DNA of 22,642 nt from a virus (lineage: Duplodnaviria > Heunggongvirae > Uroviricota > Caudoviricetes): IMG/VR virus record IMGVR_UViG_2778261067_000001. One strand, written 5' to 3'. The position numbers and the translations under genes are program-made. The notes beneath the pieces are model-generated. The model made no database searches, was not told the DNA's origin, and worked only from the letters and a program-made list of their open reading frames with translations. Below, one piece after another: positions 11,411 through 19,994 of the stretch (positions within the stretch are counted from its first letter, which is position 1; every line of letters starts with the position of its first letter).

Positions 11411-13369
11411 TTACGCCGTACATTTCACCAGACCGCGGTGATCAACTGGCGCGACACCGGCGTCAATACGCACTTTCGTTGTCACGCCATCCACACTGAA
11501 GCCCTCCATCTGATCAATATATGGCGTATCCACACCGTTGAGATAAGCCACTTCAATCGTATCGGAGCCTTTTGACGCAGCCAGGTAGAAGGTGGTCTGG
11601 CTGTTATCATCAAGACGAGGCTCTGCAATAACGGTCGCAAAATCTTTCACCGGGTTAATAATACCGGCGTTAATGTCAGCCCCCTTGACACTTGAGGAGC
11701 GAATGACCTGGTTAGCAACAGACTCCATCGCCGTCGGTACCAGTACGAACGCAGGACGAATATTCAGATGACGCTCCCCCTCTTTCTGAACGCGCATCAA
11801 CTGGCGGGCTTTATCCAGCGATGCCACGTCCATTGCAGCGCTCTCCAGTACGTTTGCATGTTTCGCTTTATCGAACAGACTTACATTATCTGTGGAGATT
11901 TTCGGGTTAGACGTCAGAATGGCATAAACCAGATCGGCAATAGTGGATTTCGCCGCACGGCCCAGTTTCATCGGGACATCGGTCAGCATATTCAGATCAT
12001 CATTGATAATGGCCTGACGGGTGATACTGAACAGCTCGCCATAGGTCGCCAGTGCAATAGTGGCCTGTTTATCTCCGGTGGTGACGTATTTATATTCCGC
12101 CCCTTCACGCACCTGACGCAGAGCACTGAAGCCCCCCATACCCACACGATGGGCAATTTTAAAATCAGACAACTGACCTTTCCGCGTCCATTGTTCATAG
12201 GTTTCAGGAGCATCTTCCCAGCCCTGCAGAATGGCTTTGTTCGCAACATCCAGCAGAATATTACCGAAGTCAGACGTACTGTGGGTGAACGCCGCACCGA
12301 CCATCTGCATCGGGTTATAACCGGAAACCCCAATACCCCGTTCAGTCAGTGACATACGGGCATATTCACGCAGGGTCATCCCGTTGTAGACATTATCACG
12401 TTCGGTTTTTTCAAATCCGGCACGCGCCATCAGCGCCTGGCGGATCCCGTCCCCCACAAAATTACCGTTACCAGCATAAATATGAGCCGGTGTATTTTTA
12501 TTGGATGGCGTGGACTCGCGCCCCATCTCGTTCAACAGCTTTTCGCGGGCCTGCTCCAGCGAACACTCAGGATCGGCAAGACACTGAGCCTGCAGCGTCT
12601 GATAACGCCCGCCAAACATGGCAAACAGATCATTAATACCGTTTACACGCGCTTTTTGCTCTGCCAGTACCTGCGCACGGATACTGTTTTCATCCACCAC
12701 GGGTGCTGCTGCCTGCACTGGCGTCCGGGAGGCTGCAGGTTCATCATCCTGTACGCGTGGAGCACTGTTGCGTGGCGGAGTAATCATGTTTCGAATGGAT
12801 TCCGGCATCTTTTTAAATTCCTCTGTACGTTTTGACTGAATACATGCCATTGCCTTAACGGCTGGCGTCACCTGATCAGCAAATCCATGTGCCAGACATT
12901 CGGCACCGGACATCCAGGTCTCATCCGCCAGCATGGCAGCAATTTCATCGGTGGTTTTCCCGGTTTTCTGTGCATAAGCGGGTAACAGAACCGCCTCAAC
13001 CTTATCGAGCAGGTCGGCATAGGTGCGCATGTCCTCCGCATCACCGCCCGTAAAGCCAAATGGTTTATGAATCATCATGAAGGTGTTTTCCGGCATAATG
13101 ACCGGGTTTCCCACCATCGCAATGACCGACGCCATTGACGCCGCCACACCGTCGACATAAACGGTAATGGACGCACCATGTGTTTTCAGCGCATTAAAAA
13201 TGGCGATGCCTTCAAAGACATCGCCACCCGGTGAATTGATATGGAGATTAATGTGGGTGATATCGCCCAGTGCATTCAGATCACTGATAAACTGCTTCGC
13301 TGTAACACCCCAGAAACCAATCTCGTCATAAATATAAATATCCGCGTCACTCTGGTGACCAGCCTGCAT
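11411..13369 (-). CDS. Prohead protease (ClpP/S14-like) fused to major capsid protein, ~652 aa from ATG at 13369
   Basis: N-terminal region has ClpP hallmarks: INSPGG, Ser nucleophile context GVAASMASV and His context MIHKPFGFTGG; the C-terminal ~400 aa is capsid-like. The track ORF extends to 13630 but overlaps the portal gene; ATG at 13369 lies 14 nt after the portal stop. Start is uncertain. Confidence 0.8.
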   Translation of the reverse strand: MQAGHQSDADIYIYDEIGFWGVTAKQFISDLNALGDITHINLHINSPGGDVFEGIAIFNALKTHGASITVYVDGVAASMASVIAMVGNPVIMPENTFMMIHKPFGFTGGDAEDMRTYADLLDKVEAVLLPAYAQKTGKTTDEIAAMLADETWMSGAECLAHGFADQVTPAVKAMACIQSKRTEEFKKMPESIRNMITPPRNSAPRVQDDEPAASRTPVQAAAPVVDENSIRAQVLAEQKARVNGINDLFAMFGGRYQTLQAQCLADPECSLEQAREKLLNEMGRESTPSNKNTPAHIYAGNGNFVGDGIRQALMARAGFEKTERDNVYNGMTLREYARMSLTERGIGVSGYNPMQMVGAAFTHSTSDFGNILLDVANKAILQGWEDAPETYEQWTRKGQLSDFKIAHRVGMGGFSALRQVREGAEYKYVTTGDKQATIALATYGELFSITRQAIINDDLNMLTDVPMKLGRAAKSTIADLVYAILTSNPKISTDNVSLFDKAKHANVLESAAMDVASLDKARQLMRVQKEGERHLNIRPAFVLVPTAMESVANQVIRSSSVKGADINAGIINPVKDFATVIAEPRLDDNSQTTFYLAASKGSDTIEVAYLNGVDTPYIDQMEGFSVDGVTTKVRIDAGVAPVDHRGLVKCTA

Positions 13370-13382
13370 CCTGAACCAGGAA

Positions 13383-14891
13383 TTATTCTTCGGACTGGTC
13401 GTCGGTGTGCTGCGGCTCCTGTCGTTTCGTTGCGGCACTGCTGCCTCCTTTATCACTGGCCGGATCGGTATCAAATACCAGATCCAGCTTGCGGTTTTCA
13501 TCAATTTCTGCCTTGCGCCGACGTTTGACATCATCCGGATTACGACCACCTGCACGTACCCAGTCTGATTCTGTCGCCGCTCCACCACGAATCTGAATTT
13601 TCCAGGCCTCAGCCTCCTTAACAGGGTCAATCCACGGCATCACCGGTCCGGAATACACCGCGGTATACAGTGAAGAACGGTCAAGATCGCGGGGTAGCCT
13701 GATAACACCGGATGCCACAGCCTGTTTCAGCCAGGCACGATACATCGGGCGGGTGACGGCACCAATAAACCAGTCCTGCAGGATCAGGTAGCCATCAGTG
13801 GATTCAACCAGCTCCTGACGCTGGGCGCTGTAAGTGCCGTTATAGTTGCGCGCTGTACTGGAAAAACTCAGACGACTGCCCGCCGCCACGGCACGCAACT
13901 GACCATTACGAAAAGTTTCAAGGTTAGGATTGGGGCGATCCGACTTCACCATTCCGATTTCTTCGCCGGGTTTCAGATCGTCGTAAATAATGCCTGGCTG
14001 AATGGTAAGCTCGCGTTCATTCTCCTTGCTGTCATTACCATCCGTTTCATAGCTCTGTCCGTCGCCTTTGCGGATGTACATCCCCAGAGCAGCAGCGATC
14101 CTTGCTGCAGTCAGCTCAGAATCTTCATATTCTTTCAGGGCACTGAGGCGGATCAGCACACCGGACAATAAAGACGTCCCGCGCATCTGGTGCAGACGGC
14201 GAACAAATTTAAGATGCAGCATTCGCTCTGCATCCACTTCTTTGGTTTCCATCTGCCGTCCGGATACAGGACGACTTTTATACACCAGATATTTTTCGGG
14301 ACGCCCCCAGTCATCAACAAACACGCCCTGATTCAGCCTGTTGCTCTCATCACTGGTCATGGGAATAAAGTCTGGCTCGAGTGCCTCCAGCCAGAAATGA
14401 ACACCGGCAGAAGGCGTCAGGCTGTTTATGCGCCCGGAAACCATCTGGGCAAACACCTCACCATCGCGCAGCCAAGTACGCAGCATCAGACGTTCCAGCA
14501 TCGGACGGGTAAACTGCCCGGTAACTTCCGGACTGACAGACCATTCACTCCATCGGGTGCGTATCTCCGCTGCCAGATCACGGGCAATGGCCCCATTGCG
14601 TAATACCGGATGTGGCTCGACAATAATCCCGTTTTTCCCCACCACCCGTTCTTCCAGCTTGTCAAATACACCAATGACCAGATCGTGGTTGTTATCAAGG
14701 TAACGGGCCTGCTCACGTAACGACACGGCCCCGTAGAGGCTTAACTGGTCGGCAGTTCGGTTTTCCCGCCGGGCTTTGTGTGTCCGCGTCGTTTTTACGG
14801 CCTCATAAGCCTGGATCACCGCCCGGGAACGCAGCCTTGCCGCTTTCCATCCTGGTGAAAAAACGCCAATCACATCATCAAGAATTGCCAT
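13383..14891 (-). CDS. B: Portal protein (lambda gpB family)
   Basis: ORF of ~500 aa directly downstream of the gpW-like gene; ATG at 14891 (MAILDDVIGVFSPGWKAARLRS...) overlaps the W stop (TGATG); size, position and acidic C-terminus fit a portal. Confidence 0.85.
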   Translation of the reverse strand: MAILDDVIGVFSPGWKAARLRSRAVIQAYEAVKTTRTHKARRENRTADQLSLYGAVSLREQARYLDNNHDLVIGVFDKLEERVVGKNGIIVEPHPVLRNGAIARDLAAEIRTRWSEWSVSPEVTGQFTRPMLERLMLRTWLRDGEVFAQMVSGRINSLTPSAGVHFWLEALEPDFIPMTSDESNRLNQGVFVDDWGRPEKYLVYKSRPVSGRQMETKEVDAERMLHLKFVRRLHQMRGTSLLSGVLIRLSALKEYEDSELTAARIAAALGMYIRKGDGQSYETDGNDSKENERELTIQPGIIYDDLKPGEEIGMVKSDRPNPNLETFRNGQLRAVAAGSRLSFSSTARNYNGTYSAQRQELVESTDGYLILQDWFIGAVTRPMYRAWLKQAVASGVIRLPRDLDRSSLYTAVYSGPVMPWIDPVKEAEAWKIQIRGGAATESDWVRAGGRNPDDVKRRRKAEIDENRKLDLVFDTDPASDKGGSSAATKRQEPQHTDDQSEE

Positions 14892-15103
14892 CAGAACCTC
14901 GCCAGCCGGTACCCGGGATGCCCCCGTCGTCGTGTAATCAGAGCCGCAAGGCGGCGCTCCCACTCCTGCCGTCCCTGCCGGATCTCAGATAAGTTTTCCA
15001 TGGTCATCTGCTGACCATTAAAGGTGACGGATTTTCCGTCCAGCACCGCCATTTCAGCTTCCGTATAACGCTGAATCATGGCTTCGATATCATTCTGGTT
15101 CAT
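14891..15103 (-). CDS. W: Head-tail connector / head completion protein (gpW-like)
   Basis: 70-aa ORF MNQNDIEAMIQRYTEAEMAVLDGKSVTFNGQQMTMENLSEI...RRRGHPGYRLARF; C-terminal RRRG motif and size match lambda gpW; ATG at 15103 overlaps the terminase stop (ATGA) and follows GGAGG. Confidence 0.7.
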   Translation of the reverse strand: MNQNDIEAMIQRYTEAEMAVLDGKSVTFNGQQMTMENLSEIRQGRQEWERRLAALITRRRGHPGYRLARF

Positions 15104-17199
15104 AACCATCCTCCGGAAGTCAGCCAGGGGTTAACATCGTCAGTTACTGTTTTCTTCCGTTTTTGTTTTTTAACAGGCGTGGATACCGGTTCCGGTGAGG
15201 GTGACGGTTCGGTACTGTCCGGGACACACTCCAGCCAGGTTTCCCGGCTCGCCCACTCCGGTGCATCCGGCCAGCGGATCTTTTCGTATCCATGCAGAAT
15301 GACCAGAGCCTCGGCATACACCATCAGGTCAAAAGCTTCGTTGGCACCGCGACCCGGCTTACTCCATTTCCCGTCACTGCTCCGCTCTTCATACGTCAAT
15401 TCGTCGTAAAACCAGCTCCCCAGCCAGTCAGGGAAATGCACATAGCCGGGACCTGGCGAGTCACGCCATAACGCGTTATTCACCCGGTCTTTCAGTGCAT
15501 CCGTCTGAAGAAGCCAGAGCGGCACATCACCTGCGGCCTGCGCCCGTCGGCCCGTTCGTCCGGTGTTATCAGGGAATGTACGGGTGATCAGTTTTGCGCG
15601 CCGGATGCTGTCGCCCTTAAACAGGTAAATACGTTTACCAAGGCCATCACGACGGCAACGACGCCAGAATTTATAGGCATTATCAGTGACCCCGTCTTCA
15701 CCGCCAGAGTCCACCGCCATTGCCATCAGTCGCATTTGTTGAGAAGGATCGGAGGCCAGCGGCCAGCTTTTATGAAAAACATCCGTCAGCAGGACATCCC
15801 AGTCTTCCGGATAGCTGGCCGGATCAATTCGCTGGCTCTCCCCGTCGCAGTCACTGCGCAATGACTGCGTGATATTGTAACGATCAATAATCCAGCGTTC
15901 GCCACGACTGCCATAGCCCGTTACCTGAACCACAAAACGGCGATGACGTCCCGCCTGCACATCCACTGTCGCCACAAGGAAATTAACGCCATCCGGCACA
16001 CTGCAGGAAGGAACTGGCTCTGCCCGCTGCTCAAGCAGTTCACTTTTTCGTTGCTCCATGCTGGCACGAGGAAGATAAGGCAATCCCCAGTCGGTGTTGA
16101 TAACCGCCCTGAGTGTTTCTTCGCTTCCTGTCGCTTCATACTCCTGTTCTGCAGTCAGTAATTTGTAAACCAGTTGCGCCCAGGTCTGATACGCAGCAGC
16201 TGGCCCTTCCATCCAGAAACTGGCGATACGGGAGCGGCGCGGTTCACCGGAAACGTTGCCGTTACGATCAATGACCTGACCTTCACGCAACCAGACTCCT
16301 GCACTATTGAGCTCACGCTTTTTCTCCGCAGTGATAATGCCGCTGCAGTGCGGGCAAAGTAGATACGCCGCCTCACTGGCTTTAAAGGGATCCGGTTCAT
16401 TACGGTAGCCGGTCATGGCATCCATAGCTGGCTGAAAATATTCACCGCAGTGCGGACATGGCCAGTACCAGCGGCGGCGGTCACCACGATTGTAAAGGGA
16501 AAGAATACCAGTCGTCGGTGGCGCTTCATGAGGCGACTTACGTCGCCATTTGCTGTCGCAGATGTCACGTCCCGGCGAGCTCTCCACCAGAGTCATCCCG
16601 GCGGACATAAATGTGGTGGTACGTTTTGAGGCCAGGGAGAAACCATCACCCTCGCTGTCGATATTCTCCGGAAAACGGTCGTAATCGGTTAAGGCGACAA
16701 ACCGGTAATCCGACGACGACATAATGTTGACCGAGGGCCAACCAATTTTAAGGAACGAGCCATCCCTGAACGTCTTATCATGGACATTATTGTCGTTACG
16801 ACGTGGACTCATTCTTTTCTTTACCGCCGCACTGCTTCTGAACGTTCTGTCGAGGCGCTTTTTAGAATGCTCGCGGGCCTTATCTTCGGTCATCTGCACA
16901 ACGAGCATGTCCGAAGGATCGCAAACGATGGTATAGACAATCCATCCATCGATCAGACCAATGGTCTTCCCTGTTCGCGCAGGACCAACAAAAATCACCG
17001 CATCGTATTCACGCGATGCCAGGCAGTTCATGGGCTCAATGATGTAGGGTGTCAGTTCAGGATCCCATGGCACCGAGTTACCAGCCCCCTTGGGAACACG
17101 CATGAATTTTTTAACAGCCTCCGAAATCGGCATGCGACGTGGTGGGGAAAATCCTGCCGATATGTCCCTTCCCAAATTTCGGGCTGATGAAAAACCCAT
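15100..17199 (-). CDS. A: Terminase large subunit (GpA family, cos-type)
   Basis: 699-aa ORF; ATG at 17199 preceded by AGGAGG with ~4-nt spacer; P-loop-like VGPARTGKT; Cys motifs WPCPHCGEY/LLCPHCSG similar to the lambda gpA ...ACPHCGEE... region. Confidence 0.9.
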   Translation of the reverse strand: MGFSSARNLGRDISAGFSPPRRMPISEAVKKFMRVPKGAGNSVPWDPELTPYIIEPMNCLASREYDAVIFVGPARTGKTIGLIDGWIVYTIVCDPSDMLVVQMTEDKAREHSKKRLDRTFRSSAAVKKRMSPRRNDNNVHDKTFRDGSFLKIGWPSVNIMSSSDYRFVALTDYDRFPENIDSEGDGFSLASKRTTTFMSAGMTLVESSPGRDICDSKWRRKSPHEAPPTTGILSLYNRGDRRRWYWPCPHCGEYFQPAMDAMTGYRNEPDPFKASEAAYLLCPHCSGIITAEKKRELNSAGVWLREGQVIDRNGNVSGEPRRSRIASFWMEGPAAAYQTWAQLVYKLLTAEQEYEATGSEETLRAVINTDWGLPYLPRASMEQRKSELLEQRAEPVPSCSVPDGVNFLVATVDVQAGRHRRFVVQVTGYGSRGERWIIDRYNITQSLRSDCDGESQRIDPASYPEDWDVLLTDVFHKSWPLASDPSQQMRLMAMAVDSGGEDGVTDNAYKFWRRCRRDGLGKRIYLFKGDSIRRAKLITRTFPDNTGRTGRRAQAAGDVPLWLLQTDALKDRVNNALWRDSPGPGYVHFPDWLGSWFYDELTYEERSSDGKWSKPGRGANEAFDLMVYAEALVILHGYEKIRWPDAPEWASRETWLECVPDSTEPSPSPEPVSTPVKKQKRKKTVTDDVNPWLTSGGWL

Positions 17200-17207
17200 T
17201 ATTCCTC

Positions 17208-17735
17208 CTAGAGACTCTCTCCTTCCTCATCAGGAATTAATTCAGCAGCACAAGCCTCGTAGGATTTTTCCTGAAGAGTGTATCGCAGGTCATCAATGGC
17301 CTGCTGTACAACGCCGACGGCCTGAGGAGTCAGAGCGCAATCGCGTTCAAGAACATCCGGAATTGTCTCCAGAACCTGGACGACAGCCTTTCTCATGGAC
17401 GAATAGACGATGACTACTTCATCAACTGGGATGAGTTTTCGCTGCTCCTTTTCCAGCTTGATCCTTTCATTTTCAGACTGGTACCAGTCCTTTCTCTCTT
17501 TCGGCTCCATACGGGATGGATCATGAACAGAGTCTGCTGCCTCATGCTTCACACTAAACAGGGCGGGCCCGACATGCTGCAGGGCGTAAACGGGGTTCCC
17601 CCTGACAGTCGCAGCCACAGGAGTGTTGGCCGCGAGGAGCCGTTTTTTTACTGTGTCCCGGTGAAGCCCAAAGGCCTCGGCGATTTTAAAAACACTCCAG
17701 TAATAAGCATCACCGATCCCGCTCACATTTGACAT
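17208..17735 (-). CDS. nu1: Terminase small subunit (Nu1-like, winged helix-turn-helix N-terminus)
   Basis: ORF directly upstream of the large terminase; MSNVSGIGDAYYWSVFKIAEAFGLHRDTVKKRLL... is a DNA-binding HTH-like N-terminus; ATG at 17735 has a GGAG ~7 nt upstream (alternative ATG at 17747). Confidence 0.8.
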   Translation of the reverse strand: MSNVSGIGDAYYWSVFKIAEAFGLHRDTVKKRLLAANTPVAATVRGNPVYALQHVGPALFSVKHEAADSVHDPSRMEPKERKDWYQSENERIKLEKEQRKLIPVDEVVIVYSSMRKAVVQVLETIPDVLERDCALTPQAVGVVQQAIDDLRYTLQEKSYEACAAELIPDEEGESL

Positions 17736-17747
17736 AAGCAACTCCAT

Positions 17748-17985
17748 CTGGCAGGTGAAAATCAGGTTTATTTATATATTTCAATTAATTGCAAACTGGT
17801 CTAATGACAGGAAGAAAAAAATATTGTACAGGTGAAAAGAGAAATAACTTTTAATTATCAATAAATTACCAAACATGCTGCCGCCGCCATGGAAATGCAA
17901 AAACTAGCCTTTTTCCGCGACGCTCCCGCCCCGTGGCAGGGGCCCCCACCGGGAGGACCCGACAGCCTGACAGCCTGACAGCCGT
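17748..17985. promoter_or_regulatory. cos: Candidate cos region (cosB / cosN / cosQ-like), ~180 bp upstream of the terminase small subunit
   Basis: Minus-strand sequence ACGGGGCGGGAGCGTCGCGG (plus coordinates ~17915-17935) resembles lambda cosN ACGGGGCGGCGACCTCGCGGG; AT-rich stretch between it and Nu1; two copies of CAGGTGAAAA (17752-17761 and 17829-17838); tandem GACAGCCT repeats at 17961-17983; spacing to the Nu1 start is similar to lambda. Confidence 0.5.
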
Positions 17986-18119
17986 GATGAGCATCTGATA
18001 CAGCGCTTTACATAATGGCATAGGAATAATTCAGAAGGACATCACAGCATGCCCACACAAATTAGTGTGAGTGTCCTGTTTCTTCCTACGCACAGGACTG
18101 ACGAGCATGAGGGGAAAAT

Positions 18120-18287
18120 ATGCGAACCATAAATGCCTCATCTTCAGCAATGCAACCGGCATCCGAACAGGACGATATTGTAAATTCACCTAATTACGAG
18201 GACATTGCAGTAGTTGAATTGCAGCTCTGTATTAGCCTGACAGTGACAGAATGCGATATTGACTCTGTCACAGGTGAAATAGTTTGA
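18120..18287 (+). CDS. Hypothetical small acidic protein, 55 aa (below the ORF-track size threshold)
   Basis: ATG at 18120 preceded by GAGGGG; translation MRTINASSSAMQPASEQDDIVNSPNYEDIAVVELQLCISLTVTECDIDSVTGEIV; no homology recognised; could be non-coding. Confidence 0.25.
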   Translation: MRTINASSSAMQPASEQDDIVNSPNYEDIAVVELQLCISLTVTECDIDSVTGEIV

Positions 18288-18307
18288 ATGATTAGCAGTT
18301 ATGGTGC

Positions 18308-18514
18308 TCAGTCAACCACCAGGGAATAATCCTTCGAATTCTTATCGTGCTTCACCAACGCTGCCTCAATTGCCCTGAATGCTTCCAGAGACACCTGATG
18401 TTCTATACATGCAATTACAACATCCGGGTAACTCATAGAAATGGTGCTATTAAGCATATTTTTTACACGAATCAGATCCAACGAGAGTTCATCAGCAGAT
18501 TGTTCTTTATTCAT
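18308..18514 (-). CDS. ybcW: Small prophage protein of unknown function, YbcW-like (68 aa)
   Basis: 68-aa [71 protein letters not shown]; resembles from memory the E. coli K-12 DLP12 protein YbcW, which also lies next to a terminase small-subunit gene. Confidence 0.6.
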   Translation of the reverse strand: MNKEQSADELSLDLIRVKNMLNSTISMSYPDVVIACIEHQVSLEAFRAIEAALVKHDKNSKDYSLVVD

Positions 18515-18814
18515 TTTGTCGCTCCATGCGTTTGCTCGTCATCTAGCGGTTAAAATATTACTTCAAATCTTACTGCATAAAAGAGGAAAAGTATGAAAGT
18601 TTGAGTACATCGACCTTACATACATCTGTCGGTTGCATATCCCTCCTGGATGCCAGCAAGGCTCAATTTTGTTACGCAATCAACACTATTCATCAAAAAC
18701 AGGCTTAATATTTGACATAAATCATCAACAAAACACAAAGAGGTCAGACCAGATTGAAACAATAAACACGATAATGCTAACTACGCGCCATCGTATCACA
18801 TGGAAGGTTTACCA

Positions 18815-19225
18815 ATGGCTCAGGCTGCCATTTTTAAAGAAATATTCGATCAAGTGCGTAAAGATTTAAACTGTGAATTATTTTATTCTGAGCTAAAACG
18901 TCACAATGTCTCACTTTATATTTACTATTTAGCCACAGATAATATTCACATTGTGTTAGAAAACGACAACATAGTGTTAGTAAAAGGACTCAAAAAGGTT
19001 GTAAATGTTAAATTCTCCAGAAACAAGCATCTTATAGAGACCTCCTATAATAAGTTGAAATCAAAAGAAATCACATTTCAACAATATAGGGAAAATCTTG
19101 CTAAAGCAGGAGTTTTCCGATGGGTTACAAATATCCAGGAACACCAAAGATATTACTATGCCTTTGATAACTCATTACTATTTACTGAAAGCATCCAGAA
19201 AACTACACAGATCTTACCACGCTAA
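18815..19225 (+). CDS. ydfO: DUF1398 family protein (YdfO/YbcV-like), unknown function
   Basis: [54 protein letters not shown]...[39 protein letters not shown]; ATG at 18815 has GGAAGG 7 nt upstream (alternative ATG 18800); the only convincing plus-strand gene in the window. Confidence 0.65.
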   Translation: MAQAAIFKEIFDQVRKDLNCELFYSELKRHNVSLYIYYLATDNIHIVLENDNIVLVKGLKKVVNVKFSRNKHLIETSYNKLKSKEITFQQYRENLAKAGVFRWVTNIQEHQRYYYAFDNSLLFTESIQKTTQILPR

Positions 19226-19321
19226 ACCATAACGTCCGGCTTCTCTCACTCCTGAGCCGGACTGCATTGGTTTAATAAAAACCATCAACAATTGTGATTT
19301 AGATATTCGGAACCATTCAAA

Positions 19322-19347
19322 TATAACAAAACCCCGTAAAAACGAGG
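19322..19347 (-). terminator. Terminator-like hairpin downstream of the gnsB-like gene
   Basis: Minus-strand RNA CCUCG UUUUUA CGGGG followed by UUUUGUUAU (one G-U pair in the stem). Confidence 0.45.
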
Positions 19348-19376
19348 TTTATGGATAAATTTTATTATTGAATACA

Positions 19377-19553
19377 TCAGATTAAATTAATCTTGACATC
19401 ATAGCTTTCAAGACCCGTCATTTTTTCCCGTGCGGTAAACTGAATACTGGTAACTTCTTTCCCGGTCTTTTTCTTAAGTTCAATAATTTTTTTTGTTATA
19501 TATTCAGAAATATCTGCTTCTGCTTTTGTTTTTAAGTTTTCAATATTCATCAT
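19377..19553 (-). CDS. gnsB: GnsB-like small protein (Gns family), 58 aa
   Basis: Not in the ORF track (under 60 aa). Minus-strand translation MMNIENLKTKAEADISEYITKKIIELKKKTGKEVTSIQFTAREKMTGLESYDVKINLI; ATG preceded by AAGAGGAA; closely resembles E. coli GnsA/GnsB as I recall them (...TGKEVSEIRFTAREKMTGLESYDVKIKIM). Confidence 0.7.
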   Translation of the reverse strand: MMNIENLKTKAEADISEYITKKIIELKKKTGKEVTSIQFTAREKMTGLESYDVKINLI

Positions 19554-19721
19554 TTCCTCTTTTAGTCTGTTATGACTTTCCAGTTACACAGTAAGTCGAT
19601 TATATGGTGCAAACGTGTAAAAGATAAGATGAAACATCGCAATAATCAACATACGATAGTCTAAATTTTACACAAACAGACAAAGAGAATTTTCCTGAAT
19701 TATCAATACAATAGCATCAAA

Positions 19722-19994
19722 TCAACTCAAGAGCCTTATTGCTGCTTCCAGAATTTCTTCTGAAGTAACATGTCGATCCGCGGCTACATAAATGACTTTA
19801 TGATCTCCGGTCAGAGATGGAAACCCTGCGGCCATTACAGTAAGGTGTGTTTTTTCGCCATTTGGATATTCACGCATGATGGTGTTAACTCCAGTCATCG
19901 CTGGCACTACCACTGCTGGTTCAGAGTTAAAAAAAACTATGATTTTTTTCATGATGTTACCGTAGTATGTGAGTATCCATCGAATAGATACCAA
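19722..19994 (-). CDS. Hypothetical small protein (76-90 aa) between the cspI-like and gnsB-like genes; by synteny possibly the counterpart of Qin ynfN
   Basis: Track ORF begins at a TTG (19994) preceded by GGGAG; internal ATG at 19952 gives MKKIIVFFNSEPAVVVPAMTGVNTIMREYPNGEKTHLTVMAAGFPSLTGDHKVIYVAADRHVTSEEILEAAIRLLS. No recognised motifs; start and reality uncertain. Confidence 0.4.
   Translation of the reverse strand: MVSIRWILTYYGNIMKKIIVFFNSEPAVVVPAMTGVNTIMREYPNGEKTHLTVMAAGFPSLTGDHKVIYVAADRHVTSEEILEAAIRLLS

Noticed and set aside
9049-15409. Plus-strand and alternative-frame ORFs inside V, U, Z, capsid, portal and terminase genes (e.g. 9049-9444, 9952-10290, 11768-12352, 14190-14603, 15179-15409)
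   Set aside because: Overlap well-supported structural genes on the opposite strand or another frame; low-complexity translations; no Shine-Dalgarno sequences.
16724-17413. Plus-strand ORFs antisense to the terminase genes (16724-16936, 16780-17187, 17090-17413)
   Set aside because: Antisense to the terminase large and small subunit genes; no supporting signals.
17961-17983. Tandem GACAGCCT repeat considered as a micro-satellite or CRISPR-like repeat
   Set aside because: Only ~3 copies of an 8-mer with no spacers; more plausibly part of the cos region (reported within the cos finding) than an independent repeat element.
18578-18604. Strong Shine-Dalgarno (AAGAGGAAAA) followed by ATG AAA GTT TGA on the plus strand
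   Set aside because: Only a 3-codon ORF; could be a fortuitous motif or a leader mini-ORF, but there is no basis to call a gene.
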